From sequence record OP018999.1: DNA of 43,714 bases. The stretch is one strand, 5' to 3'. A program made the translations under genes and the position numbers. Of the stretch, positions 1 through 7,296 are shown piece after piece (the first letter of the stretch is position 1; each line of letters starts with the position of its first letter). Source of the DNA: Escherichia phage NTNC80A. Under the pieces are notes generated by a model. That model was not told the origin of the DNA. It was given only the letters and a program-made list of their open reading frames with translations, and did no database searches.

Positions 1-819
1 GTGGCTAGCGAGTTCGAGAATGGTAGGCTGATTGCGTACGATTTGTCTCAGACCCAAGGGTACACGGGGAATATGCGGTCTGCTGTGTCTGACATGCAGT
101 TCCATTCCACTAATATTGAAGGCTTCACACCACGGGACTTCTTCTATGACCTAGGACACTTCCCTACCTCTTACACTAATGGTTCTTTTATCATGAAGCA
201 TTGGCGAGAAAAAGACTTACAGGTACAATGGTATAATGGTAAAGCATTCATACGGCTACATGAAGAAGATGGCCGTGTAACACTTACCAGTAAAGAGGGC
301 CTCGCTTTGTATGACTTTCGTGCTACAAAAGACGTGACGTTCAAGGGTCGCAACTTTGTATTCAAAAACGATGCAAGTGCAGACGTATTGAAGTGGTTCG
401 GCGGTTCAGGAAATATCTCCACGAAAGGCAACATCTCACCTATGGTAGATGGGGTTCCCTCTCTAGGTACAAATTCCTATCGCTGGGGTGCAGTGCATTC
501 AGTAAATGGGACGTTACAAACCTCTGATGGTAGGCTAAAGGAAATACATGATATTAAACAAGAAGAACTTGATGCTGGGCTTGAATTGTCAGCAAGCCTA
601 ATCAAATATCGTTGGGATGGAGGAGAAAAGTTCCACTTTGGTTGTATCGCCCAAGAGGTAATGTTAATCATGGAGAAACATAAGCTAGACCCATTACAGT
701 ATGGAATGGTTCAGTATGATGAAGAGGCAGACATCTTTAGTGTAAACTACGCTGAATTGAACAGCTTCTGCATCGCAGCTCTGTCTAGGAGGTTGAATGC
801 CATTGATCAAATCAGTTAA
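1..819 (+). CDS. tail fibre / receptor-binding protein with C-terminal intramolecular-chaperone (peptidase S74-like) domain
   Basis: ORF starts with GTG at base 1 and ends TAA 817-819. C-terminal ~100 aa carry SDGRLKEI...FHFGCIAQEV...YAELNSF, the Ser-Lys autocleaving chaperone signature of phage fibres/endosialidases. The 5' end may be cut by the window; no SD is visible across the circular junction. Confidence 0.6.
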   Translation: MASEFENGRLIAYDLSQTQGYTGNMRSAVSDMQFHSTNIEGFTPRDFFYDLGHFPTSYTNGSFIMKHWREKDLQVQWYNGKAFIRLHEEDGRVTLTSKEGLALYDFRATKDVTFKGRNFVFKNDASADVLKWFGGSGNISTKGNISPMVDGVPSLGTNSYRWGAVHSVNGTLQTSDGRLKEIHDIKQEELDAGLELSASLIKYRWDGGEKFHFGCIAQEVMLIMEKHKLDPLQYGMVQYDEEADIFSVNYAELNSFCIAALSRRLNAIDQIS

Positions 820-946
820 GCAAAGTGCTGTACGCCAGAACACAGAAGAACTTATTCAATCAGGACGTGACCCTAAGCAGGCCTATGCCATTGCCAAGGA
901 TGTACAACGTCGTGCCATGAAGAAACCTTCTGCATCTTCTGCGTAG
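797..946 (+). CDS. hypothetical small basic protein (49 aa), last ORF before putative genome terminus
   Basis: ATG 797 follows an in-frame TGA; stop TAG 944-946. Overlaps the 3' end of the fibre ORF in another frame. Product MPLIKSVKQSAVRQNTEELIQSGRDPKQAYAIAKDVQRRAMKKPSASSA. No clear SD. Confidence 0.3.
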   Translation: MPLIKSVKQSAVRQNTEELIQSGRDPKQAYAIAKDVQRRAMKKPSASSA

Positions 947-1099
947 CAGGTAATATCTTAGTGTACACAAGGGCAGGCTTAGGTTTGCCCTTAGTGTATT
1001 CCAAAGGAGGTGGTATGTTATCTTTGTTGTGTATACTCAGTGATGTACTAGGTCGTAAGAGGTACATTCTTAGTGAAGACCAAATAAGGGATGAGAAGA

Positions 1100-1363
1100 T
1101 ACGGAGGTCGCTCACAAAGTAACCAAAGTCAAAATTTTGATGTAGGCGTGTGTCAGCTCTCTCGCCCTCGCCCTCGCCGGGACGTCCCCATAGGGTGCCT
1201 AGGCATTTCTAGGGCAGCGGGAGGGCCGCCACGGGCCTTTCTTAGTGAGGGCCAAAGGTTGCCTAGGCTAGCCGGAGGAGGGCCGAGGAGGGCCATTCAG
1301 GGCCGCTTGACAGCGTGTGTGGGCGTGGGCTATCTGTCCGTTTGTCGCTACGCTCCGCACTCA
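1100..1363. other. GC-rich repetitive tract, candidate terminal-repeat / concatemer-junction region
   Basis: Abrupt GC-rich non-coding DNA with short repeats (CTCGCC x3, GCCTAGG x2, GAGGGCC x3) between the last late gene and the first early promoter, where T7-group genomes carry their terminal redundancy. Confidence 0.35.
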
Positions 1364-1516
1364 CTACCTGACGTGTACCTTAGTTATTACCTTAGTAACT
1401 TCCTTATCGTGTACCTTGAGATAGTCTTAGTTACTACCTTAGTCACTTCCTTAGTAGCTACCTTAGTGAGTGGCTTAGTGGCTATCTATTGCTGTCTTAG
1501 TGTTACCTTAGTGATT
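1364..1516. repeat. tandem array of ~12 imperfect 12-bp repeats (core ACCTTAGT)
   Basis: Read directly: taccttagttat / taccttagtaac / ttccttatcgtg / taccttgagata / gtcttagttac / taccttagtcac / ttccttagtagc / taccttagtgag / tggcttagtggc ... taccttagtgat. Resembles the short repeat arrays next to the T7 terminal repeat. Confidence 0.7.
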
Positions 1517-1659
1517 GCATAGCTAAAGCTATAAGATGCAAATAGGTCGCGGTCGGTAGGCCGCTAAAGAAAGAGAATAGTAATAAGATGCAGTAGGAGG
1601 AACACCAGAAACCTAGCCAACCTAGCCTATCCTAGCCTTGTATCTATTGCTTTTCCTTA

Positions 1660-1675
1660 GTCTCACATGTTAGAC
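1660..1675. repeat. imperfect copy (15/16) of the 16-bp palindrome GTCTCACATGTGAGAC
   Basis: Sequence gtctcacatgtTagac. Confidence 0.5.
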
Positions 1676-1742
1676 AACCTAGGTTTATCTTAGTAGTTGT
1701 GACATGTATCACATAAATAATCTATCTTAGTGAAATTTAGTG

Positions 1743-1771
1743 TTGACACAGGCAATAGCTGGTAGTACATT
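1743..1771 (+). promoter_or_regulatory. host sigma70-type early promoter
   Basis: -35 TTGACA 1743-1748, 17-bp spacer, -10 TACATT 1766-1771. Leader contains GCTCTTTAACAATTTG (1822-1837), shared with the second early promoter. Confidence 0.55.
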
Positions 1772-1892
1772 ACAGTCATCGGGAGGCAACATAGCCAAAC
1801 GGTAGGTAACTAAGTTACCTTGCTCTTTAACAATTTGCTTAGTGTAACCTATGTATGCCGTGGTTAATTACTTATTGAATGAGGAGTTAACT

Positions 1893-1991
1893 ATGAATTA
1901 CGAAAAACTGTATAAAGCCTATTACTATAATGCATTAGTGAGAGGAGAAGAGCCTTTGTCTTTCGCTGAGTTTATGGAGGCTATATCATGA
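1893..1991 (+). CDS. early micro-protein (32 aa), hypothetical
   Basis: SD GAGGAG 1881-1886, ATG 1893, TGA 1989-1991 overlapping the next start (ATGA). Confidence 0.4.
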   Translation: MNYEKLYKAYYYNALVRGEEPLSFAEFMEAIS

Positions 1992-2182
1992 TAAGACTTT
2001 ATCGCTGTAAATATAGCGAGGGTTATTACACCTTAGAAGGTAACACATTAACACGTATTACCTATGGATACCGCCAGAGGCAGTATACACATCCTAAGAT
2101 AGACCATGCGGCTTGCTTGGCAATAGGCTTGGTTTTGATAGGTAATAACTTTGAGGGGTACTACTTCAATGACTCTAACTAA
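1988..2182 (+). CDS. early hypothetical protein (64 aa)
   Basis: ORF track; SD GGAGG 8 nt upstream; translationally coupled to the previous ORF. Confidence 0.5.
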   Translation: MIRLYRCKYSEGYYTLEGNTLTRITYGYRQRQYTHPKIDHAACLAIGLVLIGNNFEGYYFNDSN

Positions 2183-2345
2183 CCGTGAGCTGTCCGTTCT
2201 CTTCACTTTGTTATGCTACATGATTCGTAACAACGAATTACTTACAGATGACGAGTTAGCTTTGTATCATCGCTTCCTTAGCGAAGGTTGGACCGATACA
2301 GTTAACCAGAAACGTGACTTGATGGAGGAGTTAAGCAATGTTTAA
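2169..2345 (+). CDS. early hypothetical protein (58 aa)
   Basis: In-frame ATG 2169 with SD GAGGGG upstream (ORF track gives 2151); overlaps neighbours. Confidence 0.45.
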   Translation: MTLTNRELSVLFTLLCYMIRNNELLTDDELALYHRFLSEGWTDTVNQKRDLMEELSNV

Positions 2346-2547
2346 ACATGAGATTTACACTGATTGCAGTAAATCGGCTAAAGCTATCTGCGAGCTGTAC
2401 AAGGCAGAATGCCAGACGTACAACCTCAACGATGGAACTGAGATGTTTTATCTTCAGTTTGAAAGCAAGTTATCTCACAAACGAGTGATTAACAGCCTGA
2501 ATCAACACTCTTTGGAGTGGGAAGAAGTAAATAGCAATAAAGTTTAA
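2338..2547 (+). CDS. early hypothetical protein (69 aa)
   Basis: ORF track; start overlaps the previous stop; SD GGAGG upstream. Confidence 0.5.
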   Translation: MFKHEIYTDCSKSAKAICELYKAECQTYNLNDGTEMFYLQFESKLSHKRVINSLNQHSLEWEEVNSNKV

Positions 2548-2555
2548 ATTAACTG

Positions 2556-2584
2556 TTGACAGCCACGGCATACAAGGTTACATT
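2556..2584 (+). promoter_or_regulatory. host sigma70-type early promoter
   Basis: -35 TTGACA 2556-2561, 17-bp spacer, -10 TACATT 2579-2584; same hexamers as the promoter at 1743. Leader has GCTCTTTAACAATTTGG (2607-2623). Confidence 0.55.
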
Positions 2585-2652
2585 AGGCACATAGCCGAGA
2601 GGCAACGCTCTTTAACAATTTGGATAGCTTCTTAGTCTGGCGAGGTTAGATC

Positions 2653-2676
2653 TAGGGTATTCTTTTGAGTACCCTA
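2653..2676 (+). promoter_or_regulatory. stem-loop in the Ocr 5' leader, RNase III-site-like
   Basis: tagggtattc-tttt-gagtacccta: 10-bp stem (one G-U) with UUUU loop, about 35 nt upstream of the Ocr start, positionally like T7 R0.3. Confidence 0.35.
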
Positions 2677-2711
2677 TAATGTAACCTAACTAACTAATGA
2701 GGATTAATAAC

Positions 2712-3068
2712 ATGGCTATGTCTAATATGACTTACTCTCAGGTTTACAACACTGCTCATGCTGCACTGGTTGAGCGTGTATGGGACGATGCTATTGATTG
2801 CGTTGACAATGCACACGATGCAATCCATGAGGTAGCTGATAGTGCTGTGCCTGTCTACTATGCTGACATTTTCTCAGTGATGGCGAGTGAAGGTATCGAC
2901 CACTTCTTCGAGGATTCTGGCTTAATGCCAGACACTAAAGACGTAACGGTCGTACTACAAGCCCGTATTTATGAACAACTTACCATTGATTTATGGGAAC
3001 GTGTTCAAGATATGATTGATGCATACATCGACTCTGCTGAGGATTCAGAAGAAGAAGAGGAAGAATAA
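2712..3068 (+). CDS. ocr: Ocr-like anti-restriction DNA-mimic protein (T7 gp0.3-like)
   Basis: 118 aa, MAMSNMTY... N-terminus, strongly acidic, ends EDSEEEEEE. Block [34 protein letters not shown]...[14 protein letters not shown] matches T7 gp0.3 as recalled. SD-like GAGGA precedes ATG 2712. Confidence 0.75.
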   Translation: MAMSNMTYSQVYNTAHAALVERVWDDAIDCVDNAHDAIHEVADSAVPVYYADIFSVMASEGIDHFFEDSGLMPDTKDVTVVLQARIYEQLTIDLWERVQDMIDAYIDSAEDSEEEEEE

Positions 3069-3174
3069 GGATGGAAAAGCAATACAATTTCCTCTTTTCT
3101 GATGGTGTAACCCTGAAGTGTTCCTTGCGATTTGCACAAATTCGGGAGGAAGTGCTAGGCACTACATATAAACT

Positions 3175-3198
3175 ATTTAGCTGACACTATAAGAGAAG
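3175..3198 (+). promoter_or_regulatory. off-consensus phage-type promoter-like sequence
   Basis: atttagCtgacactataAgagaag: two mismatches to the phage consensus, including A instead of G at +1; upstream of the 3265 gene. Confidence 0.3.
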
Positions 3199-3264
3199 AC
3201 TTAACAGGGCGTTACTTGTTAGCGCCCGATTAAGTTTATCTCAATGAAACAAATAGGTGACTAT

Positions 3265-4149
3265 ATGACTACTGAAAACATCCTCGTTTCTGTTCGTGAA
3301 GCTGCAACCGCTGAAATTAAGCAACACTTAGACAATATCGGCACTTCTTATCTCCGTGTTGGCGCTTGTCTTAATGAGCTACGCGGTGACTTTGAAGGTC
3401 AAAAAGACTTTTTGGCTTATGTAGAATCGGAGTTCGGCATCAAGAAAGCACAATGCTACAAGCTGATGAGCGTAGCCCGTGTCTTTGAAGGTGATGACCG
3501 TTTCAAAGGTGTGGCGATGCGTGTAATGCTGGCCCTTGTTCCTTTCGCTGATGAAAGTATCATCATGGAGAAGGCCGCAGAACTCGCCGCAGATGGCAAA
3601 TTGGACACTAACGCCGTAAACGCCCTGATTGAGCCTAAGAAAGAGCCAAAGGCCGAAACGGTACAATCTAAGGCTGAGGCGGTAAAACCGCAGGAGAACG
3701 TGACTGAGGCCGCAGAATCACAGGAAACGCAAGCGCCGCAGGTAGTTCCGCCAGTGAGTGAGCCGGAGGCTGACGAATCAGCACCGTGGGAAGAGGGAAG
3801 CAAGCCGGAAGCGCCAAAGGCCGCGCCACTGGACAACACGGCTAACACTGAGAACGCCGCCATGTCTGGCCTGCTGGCGCAGATTAAGTCACTGACTGAG
3901 CAATTACAGGCAGCTAACGACCGCATCGCCGCCCTAACCAGTGCACGCGAAAGCAAGAAAGCAGCCGCGCCTATGCTTCCACAGTTTAAATCTTCTTGCT
4001 TTTACGCTCGCTTAGGCTTGAGCGCGGAGGAGGCAACGAAGAAAACAGCAGTGAACAAGGCACGCCGTGAACTGGTTAAGCTGGGATACGGTGAAGGCCA
4101 TGAGGCATGGGCTTTAATATCTGAGGCAGTAGAAGAATTAACTAAGTAA
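3265..4149 (+). CDS. early hypothetical protein (294 aa): globular N-domain, acidic/Pro-rich linker, coiled-coil C-region
   Basis: ORF track 3244..4149; ATG 3265 has the better SD (GGTGA). Central segment KKEPKAETVQSKAEAVKPQENVTEAAESQETQAPQVVPPVSEPEADESAPWEEGSKPEAPK is low-complexity. No kinase motifs seen. Confidence 0.6.
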   Translation: MTTENILVSVREAATAEIKQHLDNIGTSYLRVGACLNELRGDFEGQKDFLAYVESEFGIKKAQCYKLMSVARVFEGDDRFKGVAMRVMLALVPFADESIIMEKAAELAADGKLDTNAVNALIEPKKEPKAETVQSKAEAVKPQENVTEAAESQETQAPQVVPPVSEPEADESAPWEEGSKPEAPKAAPLDNTANTENAAMSGLLAQIKSLTEQLQAANDRIAALTSARESKKAAAPMLPQFKSSCFYARLGLSAEEATKKTAVNKARRELVKLGYGEGHEAWALISEAVEELTK

Positions 4150-4212
4150 CCTTATCGGTGGCATCTTCTTAGGTGTCACCTATTAAGGTTTCTTTAACTA
4201 GGAGTACACAAG

Positions 4213-6840
4213 ATGCAAGATTTACACGCTATCCAGCTTCAACTAGAGGAAGAAATGTTTAACGGCGGTATTCGCCGCTTTGAAGCAGACCAACAGCGCC
4301 AAATTGCATCGGGTAATGAATCCGATACGGCTTGGAATCACCGCTTGTTGTCTGAGCTAATCGCGCCTATGGCTGAAGGTATTCAGGCTTACAAGGAAGC
4401 CTACGAAGGCAAGAAAGGACGCGCACCGCGTGCACTGGCTTTCATTAACTGCGTAGAGAACGAAGTGGCAGCATATATCACGATGAAAATCGTAATGGAT
4501 ATGCTTAACACTGATGTAACCTTGCAAGCCATAGCAATGAATGTAGCTGACCGCATCGAAGACCAAGTACGCTTCAGCAAGCTGGAAGGTCACGCCGCCA
4601 AATATTTTGAGAAAGTTAAGAAGTCACTCAAGGCAAGTAAGACTAAATCATATCGCCATGCGCACAATGTAGCTGTAGTGGCTGAGAAGTCAGTTGCCGA
4701 ACGTGACGCAGACTTCTCCCGCTGGGAAGCGTGGCCTAAGGATACCTTGCTACAAATCGGGATGACCTTGCTCGAAATACTGGAGAATAGTGTATTCTTC
4801 AACGGGCAGCCTGTTTTCCTACGCACCTTGCGTACTAATGGCGGCAAACACGGCGTTTACTACTTACAGACCAGTGAACACGTAGGCGAGTGGATAACTG
4901 CCTTCAAAGAGCACGTAGCGCAACTGAGTCCGGCCTATGCACCTTGCGTTATCCCTCCGCGTCCGTGGGTGTCACCTTTTAACGGCGGTTTTCACACTGA
5001 GAAAGTAGCAAGCCGCATCCGTCTGGTAAAAGGCAACCGTGAGCACGTCCGTAAGCTAACCAAAAAGCAAATGCCTACGGTCTATAAGGCTGTTAATGCT
5101 TTACAGGCTACGAAATGGCAGGTTAACAAGGAAGTGTTACAGGTTGTGGAAGACGTAATACGGCTTGATTTGGGCTATGGTGTGCCTTCCTTTAAGCCAC
5201 TCATCGACCGTGAGAACAAGCCAGCTAACCCCGTGCCTGTTGAGTTCCAACATTTGCGCGGTCGTGAGTTGAAAGAAATGCTAACGCCGGAGCAGTGGCA
5301 AGCCTTCATCAACTGGAAGGGCGAATGCACCAAGCTATACACCGCCGAAACTAAGCGCGGCAGTAAGTCGGCAGCTACCGTTCGCATGGTTGGACAAGCC
5401 CGAAAATACAGCCAGTTTGACGCGATCTACTTCGTGTATGCACTGGACAGCCGAAGCCGCGTTTATGCGCAATCTAGCACGCTTTCCCCGCAGTCTAACG
5501 ACTTAGGCAAGGCATTGCTCCGTTTTACCGAAGGGCAGACTATAGACAGCGCTGAGGCGCTTAAGTGGTTTTTGGTGAACGGGGCTAATAACTGGGGTTG
5601 GGATAAGAAAACTTTTGACGTGCGCACTGCTAACGTGCTGGATGGAGAGTTTCAAGATATGTGCCGCGATATTGCAGCCGACCCGCTGACTTTCACTCAA
5701 TGGGTAAATGCTGATTCTCCTTATGGATTCCTTGCGTGGTGCTTCGAGTACGCTCGTTATTTAGATGCACTGGATGAAGGTACACAGGACCAATTCATGA
5801 CGCACCTACCAGTACACCAAGATGGTAGTTGTTCTGGTATCCAGCACTATAGTGCAATGCTACGTGATGAGGTAGGCGCGAAGGCGGTAAACCTTAAGCC
5901 TTCCGACTCGCCGCAAGATATTTATGGGGCGGTGGCGCAAGTAGTTATCCAGAAGAATTACGCTTACATGAATGCAGACGACGCAGAGACTTTTACGTCT
6001 GGAAGCGTAACACTTACAGGTGCAGAACTGCGTAGCATGGCGAGCGCATGGGATATGATAGGAATCACTCGCGGCTTAACCAAAAAGCCGGTAATGACCT
6101 TGCCTTACGGATCCACTCGCTTAACCTGCCGTGAGTCAGTGATTGATTATATCATTGATTTGGAAGAAAAAGAGGCGCAGAGAGCTATTGCAGAAGGGCG
6201 GACGGCTAATCCGGTGCACCCTTTTGATAATGACCGCAAAGACTACCTAACACCTGGTGCAGCTTACAACTATATGACTGCTTTAATTTGGCCTTCTATT
6301 TCTGAGGTTGTTAAAGCACCTATAGTGGCGATGAAGATGATTCGTCAGCTTGCACGTTTTGCAGCTAAAAGAAATGAAGGCTTAGAATATACCCTACCTA
6401 CTGGCTTCATCTTGCAACAAAAGATAATGGCTACCGATATGCTTCGTGTATCCACTTGCTTGATGGGTGAGATCAAGATGAGTCTACAGATTGAGACGGA
6501 TGTAGTTGATGAAACGGCAATGATGGGCGCTGCCGCTCCTAACTTTGTTCACGGGCACGATGCTAGTCACCTTATATTAACGGTATGTGACCTAGTTGAT
6601 AAAGGGATTACATCTATTGCGGTCATCCATGACTCTTTCGGGACTCATGCAGGCCGCACCGCAGACCTGCGGGATAGCTTAAGGGCAGAAATGGTTAAGA
6701 TGTATCAAGGCCGTAATGCTTTACAGCAACTGCTGGATGAGCATGAAGAGCGTTGGCTAGTAGATACTGGCATCCAAGTGCCAGAGCAAGGGGAGTTTAA
6801 TCTTGAAGAGATATTAGTTTCTGACTATTGCTTTGCATAA
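4213..6840 (+). CDS. single-subunit DNA-directed RNA polymerase, SP6-type
   Basis: 875 aa; start [24 protein letters not shown] and motifs [33 protein letters not shown] match SP6 RNAP as recalled; end ...YCFA. Its specificity fits the promoters in this window. Confidence 0.97.
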   Translation: MQDLHAIQLQLEEEMFNGGIRRFEADQQRQIASGNESDTAWNHRLLSELIAPMAEGIQAYKEAYEGKKGRAPRALAFINCVENEVAAYITMKIVMDMLNTDVTLQAIAMNVADRIEDQVRFSKLEGHAAKYFEKVKKSLKASKTKSYRHAHNVAVVAEKSVAERDADFSRWEAWPKDTLLQIGMTLLEILENSVFFNGQPVFLRTLRTNGGKHGVYYLQTSEHVGEWITAFKEHVAQLSPAYAPCVIPPRPWVSPFNGGFHTEKVASRIRLVKGNREHVRKLTKKQMPTVYKAVNALQATKWQVNKEVLQVVEDVIRLDLGYGVPSFKPLIDRENKPANPVPVEFQHLRGRELKEMLTPEQWQAFINWKGECTKLYTAETKRGSKSAATVRMVGQARKYSQFDAIYFVYALDSRSRVYAQSSTLSPQSNDLGKALLRFTEGQTIDSAEALKWFLVNGANNWGWDKKTFDVRTANVLDGEFQDMCRDIAADPLTFTQWVNADSPYGFLAWCFEYARYLDALDEGTQDQFMTHLPVHQDGSCSGIQHYSAMLRDEVGAKAVNLKPSDSPQDIYGAVAQVVIQKNYAYMNADDAETFTSGSVTLTGAELRSMASAWDMIGITRGLTKKPVMTLPYGSTRLTCRESVIDYIIDLEEKEAQRAIAEGRTANPVHPFDNDRKDYLTPGAAYNYMTALIWPSISEVVKAPIVAMKMIRQLARFAAKRNEGLEYTLPTGFILQQKIMATDMLRVSTCLMGEIKMSLQIETDVVDETAMMGAAAPNFVHGHDASHLILTVCDLVDKGITSIAVIHDSFGTHAGRTADLRDSLRAEMVKMYQGRNALQQLLDEHEERWLVDTGIQVPEQGEFNLEEILVSDYCFA

Positions 6841-6848
6841 TACTAATA

Positions 6849-6878
6849 GGCCATTCCTTCGGGAGTGGCCTTTTCTTT
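6849..6878 (+). terminator. intrinsic terminator after the RNAP gene
   Basis: ggccattcc-ttcg-ggagtggcc: 9-bp stem with UUCG tetraloop, then TTTTCTTT. Confidence 0.7.
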
Positions 6879-6913
6879 ACCTACTACCTGTAACATTTCA
6901 TTAACATAAACGT

Positions 6914-6929
6914 GTCTCACATGTGAGAC
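6914..6929. repeat. 16-bp perfect palindrome GTCTCACATGTGAGAC
   Basis: Exact palindrome ending 2 nt before the phage promoter at 6932. Confidence 0.8.
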
Positions 6930-6931
6930 TT

Positions 6932-6954
6932 ATTTACCGGACACTATAGGAGAG
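6932..6954 (+). promoter_or_regulatory. phage RNAP promoter (SP6-type)
   Basis: atttaccggacactataggagag; +1 G at 6949. Confidence 0.7.
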
Positions 6955-7095
6955 CCGTCGGAGACGGGAAAGAAAGGGAATATAAAGAATATAAAGGAAG
7001 TAATAGGTATTAAAGGTTATATAGGATTACCTAGGAATACCTATTACCTTCTTCCTTCCTCTTATTACTACTTAGAGGAAGGGCAGACCTAGGTC
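6955..7095. other. AT/purine-rich inter-promoter region, candidate primary origin of replication
   Basis: Region with inverted repeat aggaagtaataggtat / atacctattaccttcttcct, bracketed by two phage promoters just downstream of the RNAP gene; same position as the T7 primary origin. Confidence 0.35.
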
Positions 7096-7111
7096 GTCTC
7101 ACATGTGAGAC
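7096..7111. repeat. 16-bp perfect palindrome GTCTCACATGTGAGAC
   Basis: Exact copy, 5 nt upstream of the promoter at 7117. Confidence 0.8.
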
Positions 7112-7116
7112 TTCGT

Positions 7117-7139
7117 ATTTACCAGACAGTATAGATAAG
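7117..7139 (+). promoter_or_regulatory. phage RNAP promoter (variant)
   Basis: atttaccagacaGtatagataag; +1 G at 7134. Confidence 0.6.
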
Positions 7140-7164
7140 ACTAACTTACTTTGGAGATTTAACC

Positions 7165-7293
7165 ATGCGTAACTTTGAAAAGATGACCCGTAAAGCTAAC
7201 CGTTTCGACATGGAAGAAGGGCAGAAGAAAGGCAAGAAGCTGAATAAACCTGTCCGTGACCGTGCATCTAAACGCGCTGCGTGGGAGTTCTAA
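7165..7293 (+). CDS. small basic protein (42 aa), T7 gp1.1-like
   Basis: MRNFEKMTRKANRFDMEEGQKKGKKLNKPVRDRASKRAAWEF; same length and N-terminus (MRNFEKM) as T7 gp1.1 as recalled; SD GGAGA 7 nt upstream. Confidence 0.6.
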   Translation: MRNFEKMTRKANRFDMEEGQKKGKKLNKPVRDRASKRAAWEF

Positions 7294-7296
7294 GTT

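Noticed and set aside
1364-1516. Possible CRISPR array
   Set aside because: The repeat unit is only about 12 bp with no unique spacers between copies; this is a simple tandem repeat, not a repeat-spacer array.
1091-1522. 143-aa plus-strand ORF across the GC-rich tract and 12-bp repeat array
   Set aside because: Low-complexity translation of repetitive non-coding DNA in the putative terminal region, with no SD or promoter context.
3456-3956. 166-aa minus-strand ORF (also 25686..26399, 39654..40151 and the other minus-strand ORFs in the track)
   Set aside because: All lie antisense to well-supported plus-strand genes in a genome whose promoters, terminators and genes all run on the + strand; they look like open frames that arise by chance opposite coding sequence.
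4170-4182. 13-bp palindrome TAGGTGTCACCTA just upstream of the RNAP gene
   Set aside because: Short, single occurrence and partly overlapping the ribosome-binding region; it could be an operator, but on its own it is compatible with chance.
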